Source of the DNA: an uncultured Acidobacteriota bacterium
GTDB taxonomy: Bacteria; Acidobacteriota; Thermoanaerobaculia; Multivoradales; UBA5704
Direction: 5' to 3'
DNA length: 64,000 nt
NCBI GenBank assembly: GCA_963770895.1
Contig: CAVYRF010000002.1
Location: 4,928,001 to 4,992,000 of the forward strand
Part shown: piece after piece, positions 45,071 through 55,305 of the stretch
How the letters are laid out: each line of letters begins with the position of its first letter
Position numbering within the stretch: position 1 is the stretch's first letter
Made by a program: the position numbers and the translations under genes
Notes under the pieces: generated by a model
Databases searched by the model: none
The model's input: only the letters and a program-made list of their open reading frames with translations
Told to the model about the DNA's origin: nothing

Positions 45071-47593
45071 ATGAGTGCGTACGACCCCAAGGCGATCGAG
45101 GCCAAATGGCAGGACCGGTGGGAAAAGCAGCGGGTGGCCGAGGTCGATCTGCGCCATTCCCAGGGCAAGTACTACATGCTCATGATGTTCCCCTATCCGT
45201 CGGGAGACCGCCTGCACGTCGGCCACGGCCGCAACTACATCCTGGGCGACGCCCTGTTCCGCTACCTGCGCATGCACGGCAAGCGGGCGCTCAACCCGAT
45301 GGGCTGGGACGCGTTCGGCCTGCCGGCGGAGAACGCCGCCATCCAGCGCGGCGTCCACCCGCGCGACTGGACGTTCGGCAACATCAAGGTGATGAAGGAG
45401 CAGTTCAAGCGCTGGGGCATCCTGTTCGACTGGAGCAAGGAGATCGCCTCCTGCACGCCCGAGTATTACCGCTGGAACCAGTGGCTGTTCCTGCGCATGC
45501 TGGAGCGCGGCCTGGCCTATCGCAAGCAGGCGCCGGTCAACTGGTGCCCCAGCTGCAGCACGGTGCTCGCCAACGAGCAGGTGGTGGAGGGCGCCTGCGA
45601 GCGCTGCGGCACGCCGGTCGAGCAGCGCGACCTGGAGCAGTGGTTTTTCCGCATCACCGACTACGCCGATCGCCTGCTGGCCGGCCTGGACGGCCTGGAG
45701 GGCTGGCCCGAAAAGGTCAAGGTGATGCAGCGCAACTGGATCGGCCGCTCGCAGGGGGCGGAGATCGAATTTGCCATCCCGGCGCTGGGCGAGCGCGTGG
45801 CGGTGTTCACCACCCGTCCCGACACCTTGCACGGCGCCACCTTTCTGGTGTTGGCGCCGGAGCACCCGCTGGCCGCCCGCCTGCTGGCGAACGACCCGCG
45901 GCGCGACGAGATCGCCGCCTGGATCGCCCGCATCCGCAAGACCCCGCGCATGGAGCGGGAAGGGGAGGGGACCGCCAAGGAGGGGCGCGACACCGGCGTG
46001 ACCGCCGTCAACCCGGCGACCGGTGAGCCGATCCCGATCTGGCTCGCCAACTACGTGCTGCCCGACTACGGCAGCGGCGCCATCATGGCGGTGCCGGCGC
46101 ACGACGCCCGCGACCTGGCGTTCGCCCGCCAGGAAAAGCTGCCGGTGCGCCTGGTCTACCACCTGGAGGACGGCCCCAAGGCCGCCGGCGGTCAGGACGC
46201 GGGAGCGGACGTAGGCGCCGATGGCGGTGACGGCGACGAGCTGACCGAGCCGATCCTGCACCAGGGAGTGATCCGCAACGCGCCGCCGCTCGACGGTCTG
46301 CGCGACGGCCCGGAGGCGATCGCGCGCGCCATCGCCTGGATCGAAGAGCGCGGCTGCGGTCGCGGCAAGGTGGCCTACCGGCTGCGCGACTGGCTGATCT
46401 CGCGCCAGCGCTACTGGGGGACGCCGATCCCGGTGCTGTACTGCGACCGCTGCGGCGTCGTGCCGGTGCCGGACGACCAGCTGCCGGTCGAGCTGCCGTA
46501 CGACGTGGAGTTCACCGGCCGCGAGGGCAACCCGCTGTCGCACGTCGCGGCGTTCGTCAACGCCACCTGCCCCAAGTGCGGCGGCGCGGCGCGGCGGGAA
46601 ACCGACACCATGGACACGTTTGTCGACAGCTCCTGGTACTACCTGCGGTTCCTGGCGGCGCGCGACAGCACGCGGATGTTCGACAGCGCCGTCGCCAATC
46701 GCTGGACGCCGATCGATCAGTACATCGGCGGCATCGAGCACGCCATCCTGCACCTGCTGTACGCACGGTTCATCTGTCGCGTGCTGCACGACTTCGGCAT
46801 GGTCGATTGCGAGGAGCCGTTTGCCAACCTGTTCAACCAGGGCATGATCACGCGCTACTCGGAGGCGTCGGGGCGCATCGAAAAGATGTCCAAGTCGCGC
46901 GGCAACACGGTGTCGCCCGACGACCTGATCGATCAGATGGGCGCCGACACCGAGCGCGTCTACACGCTGTTCATCGGTCCTCCCGAAAAGGAGGCGGAGT
47001 GGAGCGACGAGGCGGTCAGCGGCGCCTACCGCTTCCTGGGGCGCGTCTGGCGCATGGGCGAGCGGCTGGCCGACGCGCCCGCCATCGCGCCGGCCGATAT
47101 CGACCTGGAGCGCGAGCGGCACGCCACCATCCAGCGCGTCACCCACAGCATGTCGACGTTCCATTTCAACACCGCGGTGGCGGCGCTGATGGAGCTCAGC
47201 AATGCCCTGACGCGGGCGCTCGAAGAGAAGACCGCCTCGCGGCTGTGCTGCGAAGCGGCCTTCGACACGCTGCTGCAGCTGCTGCACCCGATGGCGCCGC
47301 ACATCACCGAGGAGCTGTGGGAGCGGCGCGGGTACGTCGAGCTGCTGCTCGAAACCTCGTGGCCGGAGTACGATGAGGCGATGCTGCGGCGCGACCGCAT
47401 CCACCTGGTGGTGCAGATCGACGGCAAGCTGCGCGACCGGGTGGAAGTGGACGCCAGCGCCAGCGAGCGCGAGGTGCGCCTCGCCGCCCTGGCGAGCGCC
47501 AAGGTCCAGGAGCACCTGGCGGGCCGCGAGGTCGCCAAGGCGGTGGTGGTGCCTGGCCGGTTGGTCAACCTGGTTACCCGGAGGTCCGCATGA
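45071..47593 (+). CDS. leuS: Leucine--tRNA ligase
   Basis: MFPYPSG..HVGH, GWDAFGLPAENAA, RDWLISRQRYWGTPIP, KMSKS. Confidence 0.98.
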   Translation: MSAYDPKAIEAKWQDRWEKQRVAEVDLRHSQGKYYMLMMFPYPSGDRLHVGHGRNYILGDALFRYLRMHGKRALNPMGWDAFGLPAENAAIQRGVHPRDWTFGNIKVMKEQFKRWGILFDWSKEIASCTPEYYRWNQWLFLRMLERGLAYRKQAPVNWCPSCSTVLANEQVVEGACERCGTPVEQRDLEQWFFRITDYADRLLAGLDGLEGWPEKVKVMQRNWIGRSQGAEIEFAIPALGERVAVFTTRPDTLHGATFLVLAPEHPLAARLLANDPRRDEIAAWIARIRKTPRMEREGEGTAKEGRDTGVTAVNPATGEPIPIWLANYVLPDYGSGAIMAVPAHDARDLAFARQEKLPVRLVYHLEDGPKAAGGQDAGADVGADGGDGDELTEPILHQGVIRNAPPLDGLRDGPEAIARAIAWIEERGCGRGKVAYRLRDWLISRQRYWGTPIPVLYCDRCGVVPVPDDQLPVELPYDVEFTGREGNPLSHVAAFVNATCPKCGGAARRETDTMDTFVDSSWYYLRFLAARDSTRMFDSAVANRWTPIDQYIGGIEHAILHLLYARFICRVLHDFGMVDCEEPFANLFNQGMITRYSEASGRIEKMSKSRGNTVSPDDLIDQMGADTERVYTLFIGPPEKEAEWSDEAVSGAYRFLGRVWRMGERLADAPAIAPADIDLERERHATIQRVTHSMSTFHFNTAVAALMELSNALTRALEEKTASRLCCEAAFDTLLQLLHPMAPHITEELWERRGYVELLLETSWPEYDEAMLRRDRIHLVVQIDGKLRDRVEVDASASEREVRLAALASAKVQEHLAGREVAKAVVVPGRLVNLVTRRSA

Positions 47594-48114
47594 AACCTGG
47601 ACACCACGCCCTGGCGGCGTTGCTGCTGGTCGTCGCCGGCCTCTGCGCCGGCTGCGGCTATGCGCTGGTCGGACGCAGCAACACGCTGCCGGCCGACATC
47701 AAGAAGGTCTACATCAAGCCGCTGGAAAACAAGACCGGCCACCAGCGCGTCGACCAGGTCGTCACGCTGGCGATCGGCGACGAGATGGTCAAGCGCCATC
47801 TGTTTTCACTGACCGCCTCGCGCGACGCCGCGGATGCCGAGCTGTCGGGCGCCGTCGTCGGGTTTGGCGCCACGCCCGTCACCTTCGACTCCAGCGGCCG
47901 CGCCACTGCCTACGAGCTGTCGCTGACCGCCTCCATGGTCTTCCGGCGGGTGGATGACGACAAGATCCTGTGGCAGAACGCCAACTACAACTTCCGCCAA
48001 AACTTCCCCCTGGCGGTGTCCAACGCCTACGTCGACCTGGAAAACAGCGCCATCGACCAGGTCGCCAAGGCCTTCGCCCAGACCATGGTGAGCGACCTGG
48101 CGGAAGGGTTCTAG
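47590..48114 (+). CDS. lptE: LPS assembly lipoprotein LptE family
   Basis: Lipobox AGCGY; conserved position after leuS. Confidence 0.85.
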   Translation: MKPGHHALAALLLVVAGLCAGCGYALVGRSNTLPADIKKVYIKPLENKTGHQRVDQVVTLAIGDEMVKRHLFSLTASRDAADAELSGAVVGFGATPVTFDSSGRATAYELSLTASMVFRRVDDDKILWQNANYNFRQNFPLAVSNAYVDLENSAIDQVAKAFAQTMVSDLAEGF

Positions 48115-48166
48115 GACCCGGACACCAGCTCAGCATGCCGGCGCGAGCGAATTCGCGCGCGCCTCA

Positions 48167-48192
48167 GGCGGGCGGCGAAATCGCCGCCCGCC
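48167..48192. terminator. Hairpin between convergent lptE and the peptide gene
   Basis: GGCGGGCGGCG-AAAT-CGCCGCCCGCC. Confidence 0.55.
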
Positions 48193-48224
48193 ATCCGGGC
48201 CAGCCAGCGCCGCGGGGCTCCCCC

Positions 48225-48650
48225 TCAGCAGGTCGTGTCTCTGCAGCCGTAGGTCGCGTACCCCTGTACCTGGTAGGCGCCCGACACCAGGTGGCAGGAG
48301 GTCGTGATGGTCTCGACCAGACCGCATTCGCCGAAGGCGACCTTCAGGCAGGCGGCTTGGGCGATCTGGGTGAGCTGCGACGTCAGGCTGCTGGTGGCGG
48401 CGCTGCAGGTGGAGCCGGAGCCCTGCTCGGTGGGGGTGGTGCCCCCCTCCCATTGCCAGCAGACCGGGCCGCAGAGCGGCTTGGCGACGGGCGGCAGAAG
48501 GCTGGGCGCCGCGTCCCCGGCCGGGGCCGGCGTCGAGGCGGAAGAGCAGTTGGACAGGAACATCGGCGGAACAGTCTGCGCGGTGGCGCCGCACGCGAGG
48601 AGCACCATTCCAGCCAAAGCCGCCGCCACGGTGATGCGGATCGTCATCAT
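48225..48650 (-). CDS. Small secreted Cys-rich protein (141 aa)
   Basis: AGAAAGGAG RBS; signal peptide; Pro-rich pro-segment; 8-Cys core ending ...YGCRDTTC. Confidence 0.78.
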   Translation of the reverse strand: MMTIRITVAAALAGMVLLACGATAQTVPPMFLSNCSSASTPAPAGDAAPSLLPPVAKPLCGPVCWQWEGGTTPTEQGSGSTCSAATSSLTSQLTQIAQAACLKVAFGECGLVETITTSCHLVSGAYQVQGYATYGCRDTTC

Positions 48651-48927
48651 CGAAACAACTCCTTTCTTCTTGACCTGACCGATTGACCTGACCGATAGTC
48701 GACATCAGTTCAGCATCGCTGTCAATGCGGCGCCAGCGCTCGGTCTTGATCATCGATTCCCCGTCCGCCTTGGCGCCTCCACGCCGCGTGCGACGTGACC
48801 GAGCCGGCGGCGCCGGAAAGGTCGATGGGTATCGCACGTTGATTCGCAAAAGTTTATTATCTTCGTTGCGGCGGGGCGTGCTTCGGCCGCGTTCCGAATC
48901 TGCTCTCAAATCTATGAAGGAGGAGCA

Positions 48928-49293
48928 ATGACTCTGCGATCCACCGCGTTGGTCCTGACTGCACTGCTGCTGCCGGCCGCCGCCGTTGCTGCAACGGTGC
49001 CCGCCGCCTCGATCCCCGTGGTTGCCCCGATCGCGACTGCGGTGGGCGAGCCGGCAGCCTGCCAGGCAAGTCGCGCCACCTTCGGCGTGGCCCAACTGGC
49101 GCCAGCTCCCACGCCCCTTGGCACACCGATGTGCGGGGAGTGCAGCACGAGCCCTTGCCAGGGCGCGGCGCAGGGCGCGCTTTGCGGCGAAAGCGGTGGT
49201 CAGTACGGCTACTGCCAGAGCCCGCTGGGCGACACCTGCAGCACGCATCCCTTGCAGTGGCAATGTCAGTGCTGGTATGGGCCGCTGCCGTAG
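48928..49293 (+). CDS. Small secreted Cys-rich protein (121 aa)
   Basis: AAGGAGGAG RBS; signal peptide; PAPTP linker; core CGECSTSPC...C...YC...C...QCQCWYGPLP (8 Cys). Confidence 0.8.
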   Translation: MTLRSTALVLTALLLPAAAVAATVPAASIPVVAPIATAVGEPAACQASRATFGVAQLAPAPTPLGTPMCGECSTSPCQGAAQGALCGESGGQYGYCQSPLGDTCSTHPLQWQCQCWYGPLP

Positions 49294-49324
49294 CAGCTGC
49301 GGCCCCTGCCTTACAACTGGTGGT

Positions 49325-49591
49325 TCAGGACTGGAGACCGGCGACTTGCGCGGCGAGGCGGGACTTGTAGCGGGAGGCGGTGTTGGCGTGAATGACCTTT
49401 TTTTGCGCCGTCGCGTCGATGATGCTGAGCGTGGCCGGCAGCAGTTCAGCCGCTTTGCTGGCGTCGCCGCCGGCTACGGCGGTGCGCAGGCGCTTGACGG
49501 CGGTGCGCAGGCGCGAGCGGTGAGCGCGGTTGCGCTCGTTGGCGGCGGTAGATTGGCGGTTGCGCTTTTCGGCCGACTTGGTGTTTGCCAC
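49325..49591 (-). CDS. rpsT: 30S ribosomal protein S20
   Basis: ANTKSAEKRNRQ...RSRLRTAVK...IHANTASRYKSRL. Confidence 0.97.
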   Translation of the reverse strand: MANTKSAEKRNRQSTAANERNRAHRSRLRTAVKRLRTAVAGGDASKAAELLPATLSIIDATAQKKVIHANTASRYKSRLAAQVAGLQS

Positions 49592-49749
49592 AGGATGCTC
49601 TCCACAAAGAAAAGTCGCACCGAAGTGCGACCGGAGCGAGTTTATATCACCCTGCTCCCGCGGCAGTCAAGAACCTGACCGGCCGCTAGCCCGGTCCGTT
49701 CCCGTCACGGTCCGCCAGCGGGTCGAGGTGCGCTGGTTTCCGGGGAGCG

Positions 49750-50733
49750 CTAGCGGCCGTCGATGCCGATTTCGCGCAGGCGTTGGCGCGCCAGGTTGGC
49801 TTCGTCGCTGGTGGGGAACTGGCGCAGGACGTGCTGGAGCTGCACCACTCCCTGGGAGCGTTCGCCCAGCTCCAGGTGGGCATAGCCCTTCTTGAGCAGG
49901 GCGCTGGCGGTCTTGTCGCTGCGCGGGTAGCGATTGAGCACCGCGTCGTACTGTTCGATCGCCTGCCGGAAGCGCTTCTGGCGGTAGTGACACTCGCCGA
50001 TCCAATAGGTTGCGTTGGCCGCCAGGGCGGTGCTGGGGAAGCTCTCCAGGTACTGCTGGAAGCCGCGGATGGCGAGGTCGTAACTCCCCTTGAGGTAATC
50101 GTTGTAGGCCGCGGTGTAGAGCACCTGCGGCTCGTTGCTGCCGCCGAAGGCGTTGGACGACGGGCCGCTGCCGCCGGGGTTGGCCGGCACCTGGGCGGCG
50201 GCCGGCGGACTGCCCGCGCCGTCGGGTGCGGGCGCCGGACCCACGCCGGGCGGGGCCAGGGGGGCGGCGGCCGGCGGCGCCGTCACCGCGCCGCGGAAGT
50301 TTTTCAGGTCCTGGTTGGTGGCGGCGATCTGCTGCGACAGCTGGGCGAGGCGGTAGTTGGTGTCTTCCAGCTTGGCCTGCAACGCCTCGATCTGCCCCGA
50401 CAGATCCTGGAGCTTGACCTGCATGTCCGCCTCGGTCTTGAGCAGCGAATCCATCTGCTTGCCGACCGAGGCTTCCATGCTGGCGACCTCCTGCTTGCTG
50501 GAGGTTTCCTTCTGCATCTGCAACATCTGGCGTTGGACGTCGGCGAGCTGCGAGCGCAACCCGTCGATGTCCGACGAGCTGACGCAAGCGGTGGTGGCGG
50601 CAAGCGCCATCCCGGCCAGGACCATCCACGCCGGGCGTGCCGGGTTGGATGGACGTGTCGAGCGGCCTGGATGCGCCGGCCGCGCTCGCAGCCGGCTCAT
50701 GGGGAGCAAGCCTGTCCGCGGCCGCATGGTCAT
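49750..50733 (-). CDS. cpoB: Tol-Pal system protein CpoB/YbgF (coiled coil plus TPR)
   Basis: Coiled coil, then YTAAYNDY.KG.YDLAI.GF...NATYWIGEC...ALLKKG; directly after pal. Confidence 0.9.
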   Translation of the reverse strand: MTMRPRTGLLPMSRLRARPAHPGRSTRPSNPARPAWMVLAGMALAATTACVSSSDIDGLRSQLADVQRQMLQMQKETSSKQEVASMEASVGKQMDSLLKTEADMQVKLQDLSGQIEALQAKLEDTNYRLAQLSQQIAATNQDLKNFRGAVTAPPAAAPLAPPGVGPAPAPDGAGSPPAAAQVPANPGGSGPSSNAFGGSNEPQVLYTAAYNDYLKGSYDLAIRGFQQYLESFPSTALAANATYWIGECHYRQKRFRQAIEQYDAVLNRYPRSDKTASALLKKGYAHLELGERSQGVVQLQHVLRQFPTSDEANLARQRLREIGIDGR

Positions 50734-51326
50734 CCGTTGGCGCGGCCGGTGACGACCTGGTGGGCGCGGCGGTTTTGCGACCAGCAGCTCTCCGCGTGCT
50801 CGGTGCAGACCGGGCGCTCGGAGCCGTAGCTGAGGGTGCGCATGCGGTCGGCGTTGACGCCCAGCGAGCCGAGGTAGCTCTTGACGGCGCTGGCGCGGCG
50901 CTCGCCCAGGGCCAGGTTGTATTCGTTGGTGCCGCGCTCGTCGCAGTGGCCCTCGATCGTCAGGCTGAGACGCGGCTGCGCCTTGAGCAGGTCGGCGTTG
51001 CGCGACAGCTTGCCGCGCGAATCGTCGGACAGCGTGCTTTCGTCGAAGGCGAAGAAGACGTCGGCGCTGAAGCCGCGGCGGTGCAGCTCGTCGTTGACGA
51101 TCTGCATGTCCTGCGACATCAAGGGGTCTTCCGTCTGGTCCTGCGACGTCGCCGGTTCCCTCGGCGGTTGCACGTCGGTCGCTGCGGGGTGGGACGGCGG
51201 CGGCGCAACGGTGGTGGTTTCGACGTTCAGGTCAGCTGGCTGCGTGGCTGGCTTCTTTTTGGGGCAGCCATACAGGACGGTCAACAGCAACGGCACCAGC
51301 ACCCAGGTCAAACGCTTGCGGATCAT
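50730..51326 (-). CDS. pal: Peptidoglycan-associated lipoprotein Pal
   Basis: Lipobox YGC; IEGHCDERGTNEYNLALGERRA...SYGSERP...NRR. Confidence 0.96.
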   Translation of the reverse strand: MIRKRLTWVLVPLLLTVLYGCPKKKPATQPADLNVETTTVAPPPSHPAATDVQPPREPATSQDQTEDPLMSQDMQIVNDELHRRGFSADVFFAFDESTLSDDSRGKLSRNADLLKAQPRLSLTIEGHCDERGTNEYNLALGERRASAVKSYLGSLGVNADRMRTLSYGSERPVCTEHAESCWSQNRRAHQVVTGRANG

Positions 51327-51424
51327 GCGTTTCTCCTCTCTCGCTCACAGAGCCTCTTGCCGGCGGCAAGCCGGCCCCCTCGAATATAGCAGAGCGGCAT
51401 CGCAGGGGAGCATGCGGGCGGGCA

Positions 51425-52930
51425 TCATTTGTCGATCGTGCCGCGCGACCAGTCCGCCATGTCGTTGGCGCCGGCGTCGGTCAGCTGACGCAGATTGCCG
51501 CCGTCGCTGGCGTCGATCATGTAGAGCTGCTTGGTGCCGCTGCGGCGCGAGGTGAACACGATCTTGCGGCCGTCGGGCGAAAAGGCGGGCGATTCGTTTT
51601 CACCCAGGCCGCTGGTCAGCACCTTGGTGTCCTGCGTCGCCACCGTCACCACCGCGATCTGAAAGTGGCCGTCGCGGCGGCTGGTGTAGGTGATGCGTTC
51701 GCCGTCCGGGCTCCAGGCGGCGCCATCGTTGTAAGAGCCCTCGAACGAGATGCGGCGCTGGTCGGCGCCGTCCGAGTCCATCAGGTAGATGTGCGGATTG
51801 CCGGCGCGGCTGGAGGTGAAGGCGATCTGGTTGCCCTTGGGGCTCCACGCCGGATTGGTGTCGATGGCCGGCGAGGTGGTCAGCCGGCGGAGATTGCCGC
51901 CGCTGCGATCGCAGGTGAAGATCTCGACGTTGCCTTCGAGCGAGCGCGAGAAGACGATCTGGTTGCCGTCGGGCGAAAAGCTGGGCGAAATGTTGAGCGA
52001 TCCCGACGTCACCACCGCCCGCTTGCGGCCGGTCGCCAGGTCGGCGATGTAGACCCCTGGGTAGCCGCCCAGAAACGACGTGTAGGCGATGGCGTCGCCG
52101 CTCGGGCTCCAGGCGGGCGACATCGAGGTCGAGCGGTGGTTGGTGAGGCGGCGTTGGTTGTGACCGTCGTAATCCATGATGAAGATTTCTTTGCGGCCGT
52201 CGCCGTTGCGGTCGGAAGTAAAGGCGATCAGCGACTGGGCGATGCCGGGGGCGCCGGTCAGGTAGCGCACCACTTCGTCGGCGAAGGTGTGCGCCATGCG
52301 CCGGGCGACGGTCGTCTTGCCGCGGTAGAGCTTGGCGATGATCGCCTTGCCGCTGCCGACGTCGAGCAGGCGCGCCTCGAACACCATCTTGTCCTCTTCC
52401 GAGTGCATCTCGCCCAGCAGCACCACCTCGGCGCCCGCGGCGTGAAACACCGTCAGATCCTTGTCCGCTTCGCCGGTCAGGGTGGCCTGGCGAAACGCCT
52501 CCGCGCCCTGGATCTGGAAGTAGCCCGACATGTCCAGGTCGGCGCGCACGGTGTCCTCCACCTCGTGCGCCGCCGGTCCCTGGTTGACGGCCAGGACCGG
52601 GGTGCGGAAGGCGGGGATGGCCAGGCGGATCTTGGGCCGCTGGCCGCGGTTGAGCTCGATATTCACCTCGGAGGACAGCGGCGGGGTCGGGGCGCCGGCG
52701 CCGGGAGTGCCGGGGGAGGTCTGCGCCGGTGTCCCCGGCGCCGCGGCGGTGGCGCCCCCTGACGCGGGAGGTGCGGGTGCGGGCGCGGGGGCGGCGGCCT
52801 GGGCCGCAGCGGCGGCGCGGGCGAGCGGCACCGGGGCGGCCGCCAAGGCCAGGGCGCCGGCTGCCGCGGCGAGCACCGGCAGGCCGATTCCAACGAGGGT
52901 GCGCAGCAGCACGGGTCGTCGCGATCTCAT
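51425..52930 (-). CDS. tolB: Tol-Pal beta-propeller protein TolB
   Basis: TolB N-domain (AHTFADEVV) and PD40 repeats (P.WSP.G); GGAGG RBS. Confidence 0.93.
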   Translation of the reverse strand: MRSRRPVLLRTLVGIGLPVLAAAAGALALAAAPVPLARAAAAAQAAAPAPAPAPPASGGATAAAPGTPAQTSPGTPGAGAPTPPLSSEVNIELNRGQRPKIRLAIPAFRTPVLAVNQGPAAHEVEDTVRADLDMSGYFQIQGAEAFRQATLTGEADKDLTVFHAAGAEVVLLGEMHSEEDKMVFEARLLDVGSGKAIIAKLYRGKTTVARRMAHTFADEVVRYLTGAPGIAQSLIAFTSDRNGDGRKEIFIMDYDGHNQRRLTNHRSTSMSPAWSPSGDAIAYTSFLGGYPGVYIADLATGRKRAVVTSGSLNISPSFSPDGNQIVFSRSLEGNVEIFTCDRSGGNLRRLTTSPAIDTNPAWSPKGNQIAFTSSRAGNPHIYLMDSDGADQRRISFEGSYNDGAAWSPDGERITYTSRRDGHFQIAVVTVATQDTKVLTSGLGENESPAFSPDGRKIVFTSRRSGTKQLYMIDASDGGNLRQLTDAGANDMADWSRGTIDK

Positions 52931-52952
52931 GGTTCCTCCAAAGCGGTGGTGG

Positions 52953-53810
52953 TCAGCGCACACTCAGGTTGACGCCCAGGGAGTTGTGACCGACGGTGTA
53001 GGCCCGCGGCAAGGGCGGAAACGGCGACGCGTTCTGCACCGCGCGCAGCGCCGCCAGGTCGAAGGTATCGAAGCCGGAGGACTGCCGCACCTGCAGGTCG
53101 GCGATGCTGCCGTCGCTCTGGATGTGGAACGAGACGATGGCGTGCACGCCGGCGCCGACCGGCGGCCGGGTCCAGTTCTGGTCGATGCGCGAAAGCAGCT
53201 GCGCGATGTAGTAGTCGTAGGTGAAGTCCGGGTTGTCCAGGGTGGTGATCGACGAGCCCACTTCGACCTTGCCGTTCACCGCCCCGGTCGCCGCGCCGGC
53301 CGGCCCGGCGGCGCCGGTGACAGGCGGCGGCGTCTTGGGCGTCAGCGCGGCCAGCTTCTGCGCCAGTACCTCGCGCGGCGGCGGCAGCGTCTTGGGCACC
53401 AGCGTCGGGTCGATGCGGTTGTCGGGTGGCGGCGGCTTCTGCGGCGCGGCCTTGGGCGGCTTGGCCGGAGCGGGGGGCTTTGGCGGCGGCGGCTGGTGCA
53501 GCACCGGGGCGTCGGAGGGCCGCGGCGGCGGCTCGGGCGGCGGCGGCTCCTGCTGGCGCGGCGGCGTCGGCTCGGGTTGGCGTTCGGCGCGGCGGCCGGG
53601 GTGCTGCTGCACCCCCAGGCGCTGCGCCGGCACCACCTGCACCGCCACGTAGTCGAGCGGCGGCGGCGGCGGTATCAGGCGCGGCAGCAGCACGATCACC
53701 GCCACGGCGCCGGCGTGCAGGAGGATGGCGGCGCCCAGGCCTAACGCTGCCTGGCTCGGGCGGGCGAGCCGTTCGCGTCGGGCGAGGACCTCATCGACGG
53801 CCGAGTCCAC
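52953..53810 (-). CDS. TonB/TolA family energy transducer
   Basis: TM segment with His, Pro-rich linker, C-terminal domain I..DGSI....V.QSSG...FD.AALRAV..ASPFPPLP. Confidence 0.88.
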   Translation of the reverse strand: MDSAVDEVLARRERLARPSQAALGLGAAILLHAGAVAVIVLLPRLIPPPPPLDYVAVQVVPAQRLGVQQHPGRRAERQPEPTPPRQQEPPPPEPPPRPSDAPVLHQPPPPKPPAPAKPPKAAPQKPPPPDNRIDPTLVPKTLPPPREVLAQKLAALTPKTPPPVTGAAGPAGAATGAVNGKVEVGSSITTLDNPDFTYDYYIAQLLSRIDQNWTRPPVGAGVHAIVSFHIQSDGSIADLQVRQSSGFDTFDLAALRAVQNASPFPPLPRAYTVGHNSLGVNLSVR

Positions 53811-53813
53811 CGG

Positions 53814-54245
53814 TCAGCTCCGGCCCCCCTTGGCAGGAGGGTGTTCGGTGACCATGCCGACGTGCACGACGCCGCTGCGGTGCAGGCGGTCGAGGACTTC
53901 GATCACCCGCCCGTAGGGCACGTCGCGGTCGCCCTTGACGAAGACGGTGTCGTCTTCGCGCCCGACCAGCTGCTCCTTGACGCGGTCGGCGAGCGCGGTG
54001 AGCGACACCGGCGTGTCGCGCAGGTAGACGGTGCCCTGGCGATTGATCGAGATCACCAGCGGGTCCTGCGCCTTGAATGGCAGGTTGCGCGCGTCGGCGC
54101 GCGGCAGCGCGACCTGGATCCCCTGGTGCAGCATCGGGGTCGCCACCATGAAGATGATGAGCAGCACCAGCATGACGTCGACCAGCGGAGTGACGTTGAT
54201 GTCACCCATCACTTCGTCCTGGTCGTCGCGCAGATGGAAGGCCAT
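53814..54245 (-). CDS. tolR: TolR/ExbD family protein
   Basis: INVTPLVDVMLVLLIIFMV..P; GDRDVPYG.V. Confidence 0.9.
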   Translation of the reverse strand: MAFHLRDDQDEVMGDINVTPLVDVMLVLLIIFMVATPMLHQGIQVALPRADARNLPFKAQDPLVISINRQGTVYLRDTPVSLTALADRVKEQLVGREDDTVFVKGDRDVPYGRVIEVLDRLHRSGVVHVGMVTEHPPAKGGRS

Positions 54246-54271
54246 GATCGGGGAGCGGCGCGGTCAGCCGG

Positions 54272-55003
54272 TCAGGTGAAGTTGCGCTCCGCCAGGTTGA
54301 GGAACTCCATCATGAAGTCCTCCATGCGCCCCTTGAGCTGGCGGTTGCTGTGGGCGAAGTAGTTGTAAGCGATCAGCGCCGGGATGGCGGCGCCCAGGCC
54401 GGCGGCGGTGTTGATCAGAGCTTCGGCGATGCCGGGAGCGACGGTCACGATCGAGGTCGAGCCGGAGCTGCCGATATCGCGGAACGCCACCATGATCCCC
54501 CACACGGTGCCGAACAGGCCGATGAACGGCGACGCCGAGGCGGTGGTGGCGAGAAACGGCGTCCACCGCGCCACGTTGCGCAGCTCGACGCCGGCCGCCC
54601 GCTCCAGGGTGCGCTCCAGTGCCGGCAGCGAGGTGATGCGGTAGCCGCCGCGCCCCGGGGCGGGCGCCGTCTCCTGCTCCTGCGTCGTCTTGATCTGGCT
54701 GTCGATCTCGGCGTATCCGGCCTGAAAGATGCCGACCAGCGGCGAATGGCGGAGGCGGTTGGCCAAGGCGTTCACTTCGCTGAAGCGGTGGCTGCGATGA
54801 AACGCTTCCAGGAACTGGCGGCTCTGGCTGGAGGCGCGGCGCACCTGCAGCGACTTGCCCAGGATGATGGCCCACGACACCAGGGAGAAGAATCCCAGGA
54901 TGGCGAGGATGAATTTGGCGATGGGGCCGGATTCGCGAAAGAAGTCCATCAGGCCTTCGGCCGGCCCGGTGGCTTGCAGGAACAGGAAGCCGATCACAGC
55001 CAT
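54272..55003 (-). CDS. tolQ: TolQ (MotA/TolQ/ExbB family)
   Basis: LATTASASPFIGLFGTVWGIM.AF...VAPGIAEAL..TAAGL..AIPA. Confidence 0.92.
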   Translation of the reverse strand: MAVIGFLFLQATGPAEGLMDFFRESGPIAKFILAILGFFSLVSWAIILGKSLQVRRASSQSRQFLEAFHRSHRFSEVNALANRLRHSPLVGIFQAGYAEIDSQIKTTQEQETAPAPGRGGYRITSLPALERTLERAAGVELRNVARWTPFLATTASASPFIGLFGTVWGIMVAFRDIGSSGSTSIVTVAPGIAEALINTAAGLGAAIPALIAYNYFAHSNRQLKGRMEDFMMEFLNLAERNFT

Positions 55004-55305
55004 CCGCGGTCTTGCTCTCCCATGGTCACAGTGCGCGCTCCAATGCGCGCTCCGCTGCGCGCCAGCCGGTCGCGGCGCACCGTACCATGCCGCCGCCGCC
55101 GGGTCCAAGCTGTGTCATCTTGCCGTTTTGGCACAAAAACGGCGCCGTTCCACGACCCCATCTGTCGGCGAGCAAAGCTTGTGCCGGCCCGCGGCTCCCG
55201 GCGGCCGACCCGGCCCGGCCCGAGGCGACCCGCCCGGCCAGGCCTGACCAGATCCGATCTGATCAGGCCCCCGAAGTCGAGCCCGAGCTGAAACCGCGGG
55301 AGGCC

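Noticed and set aside
43910-47515. 1201-aa minus-strand ORF
   Set aside because: Antisense shadow of nusB/leuS.
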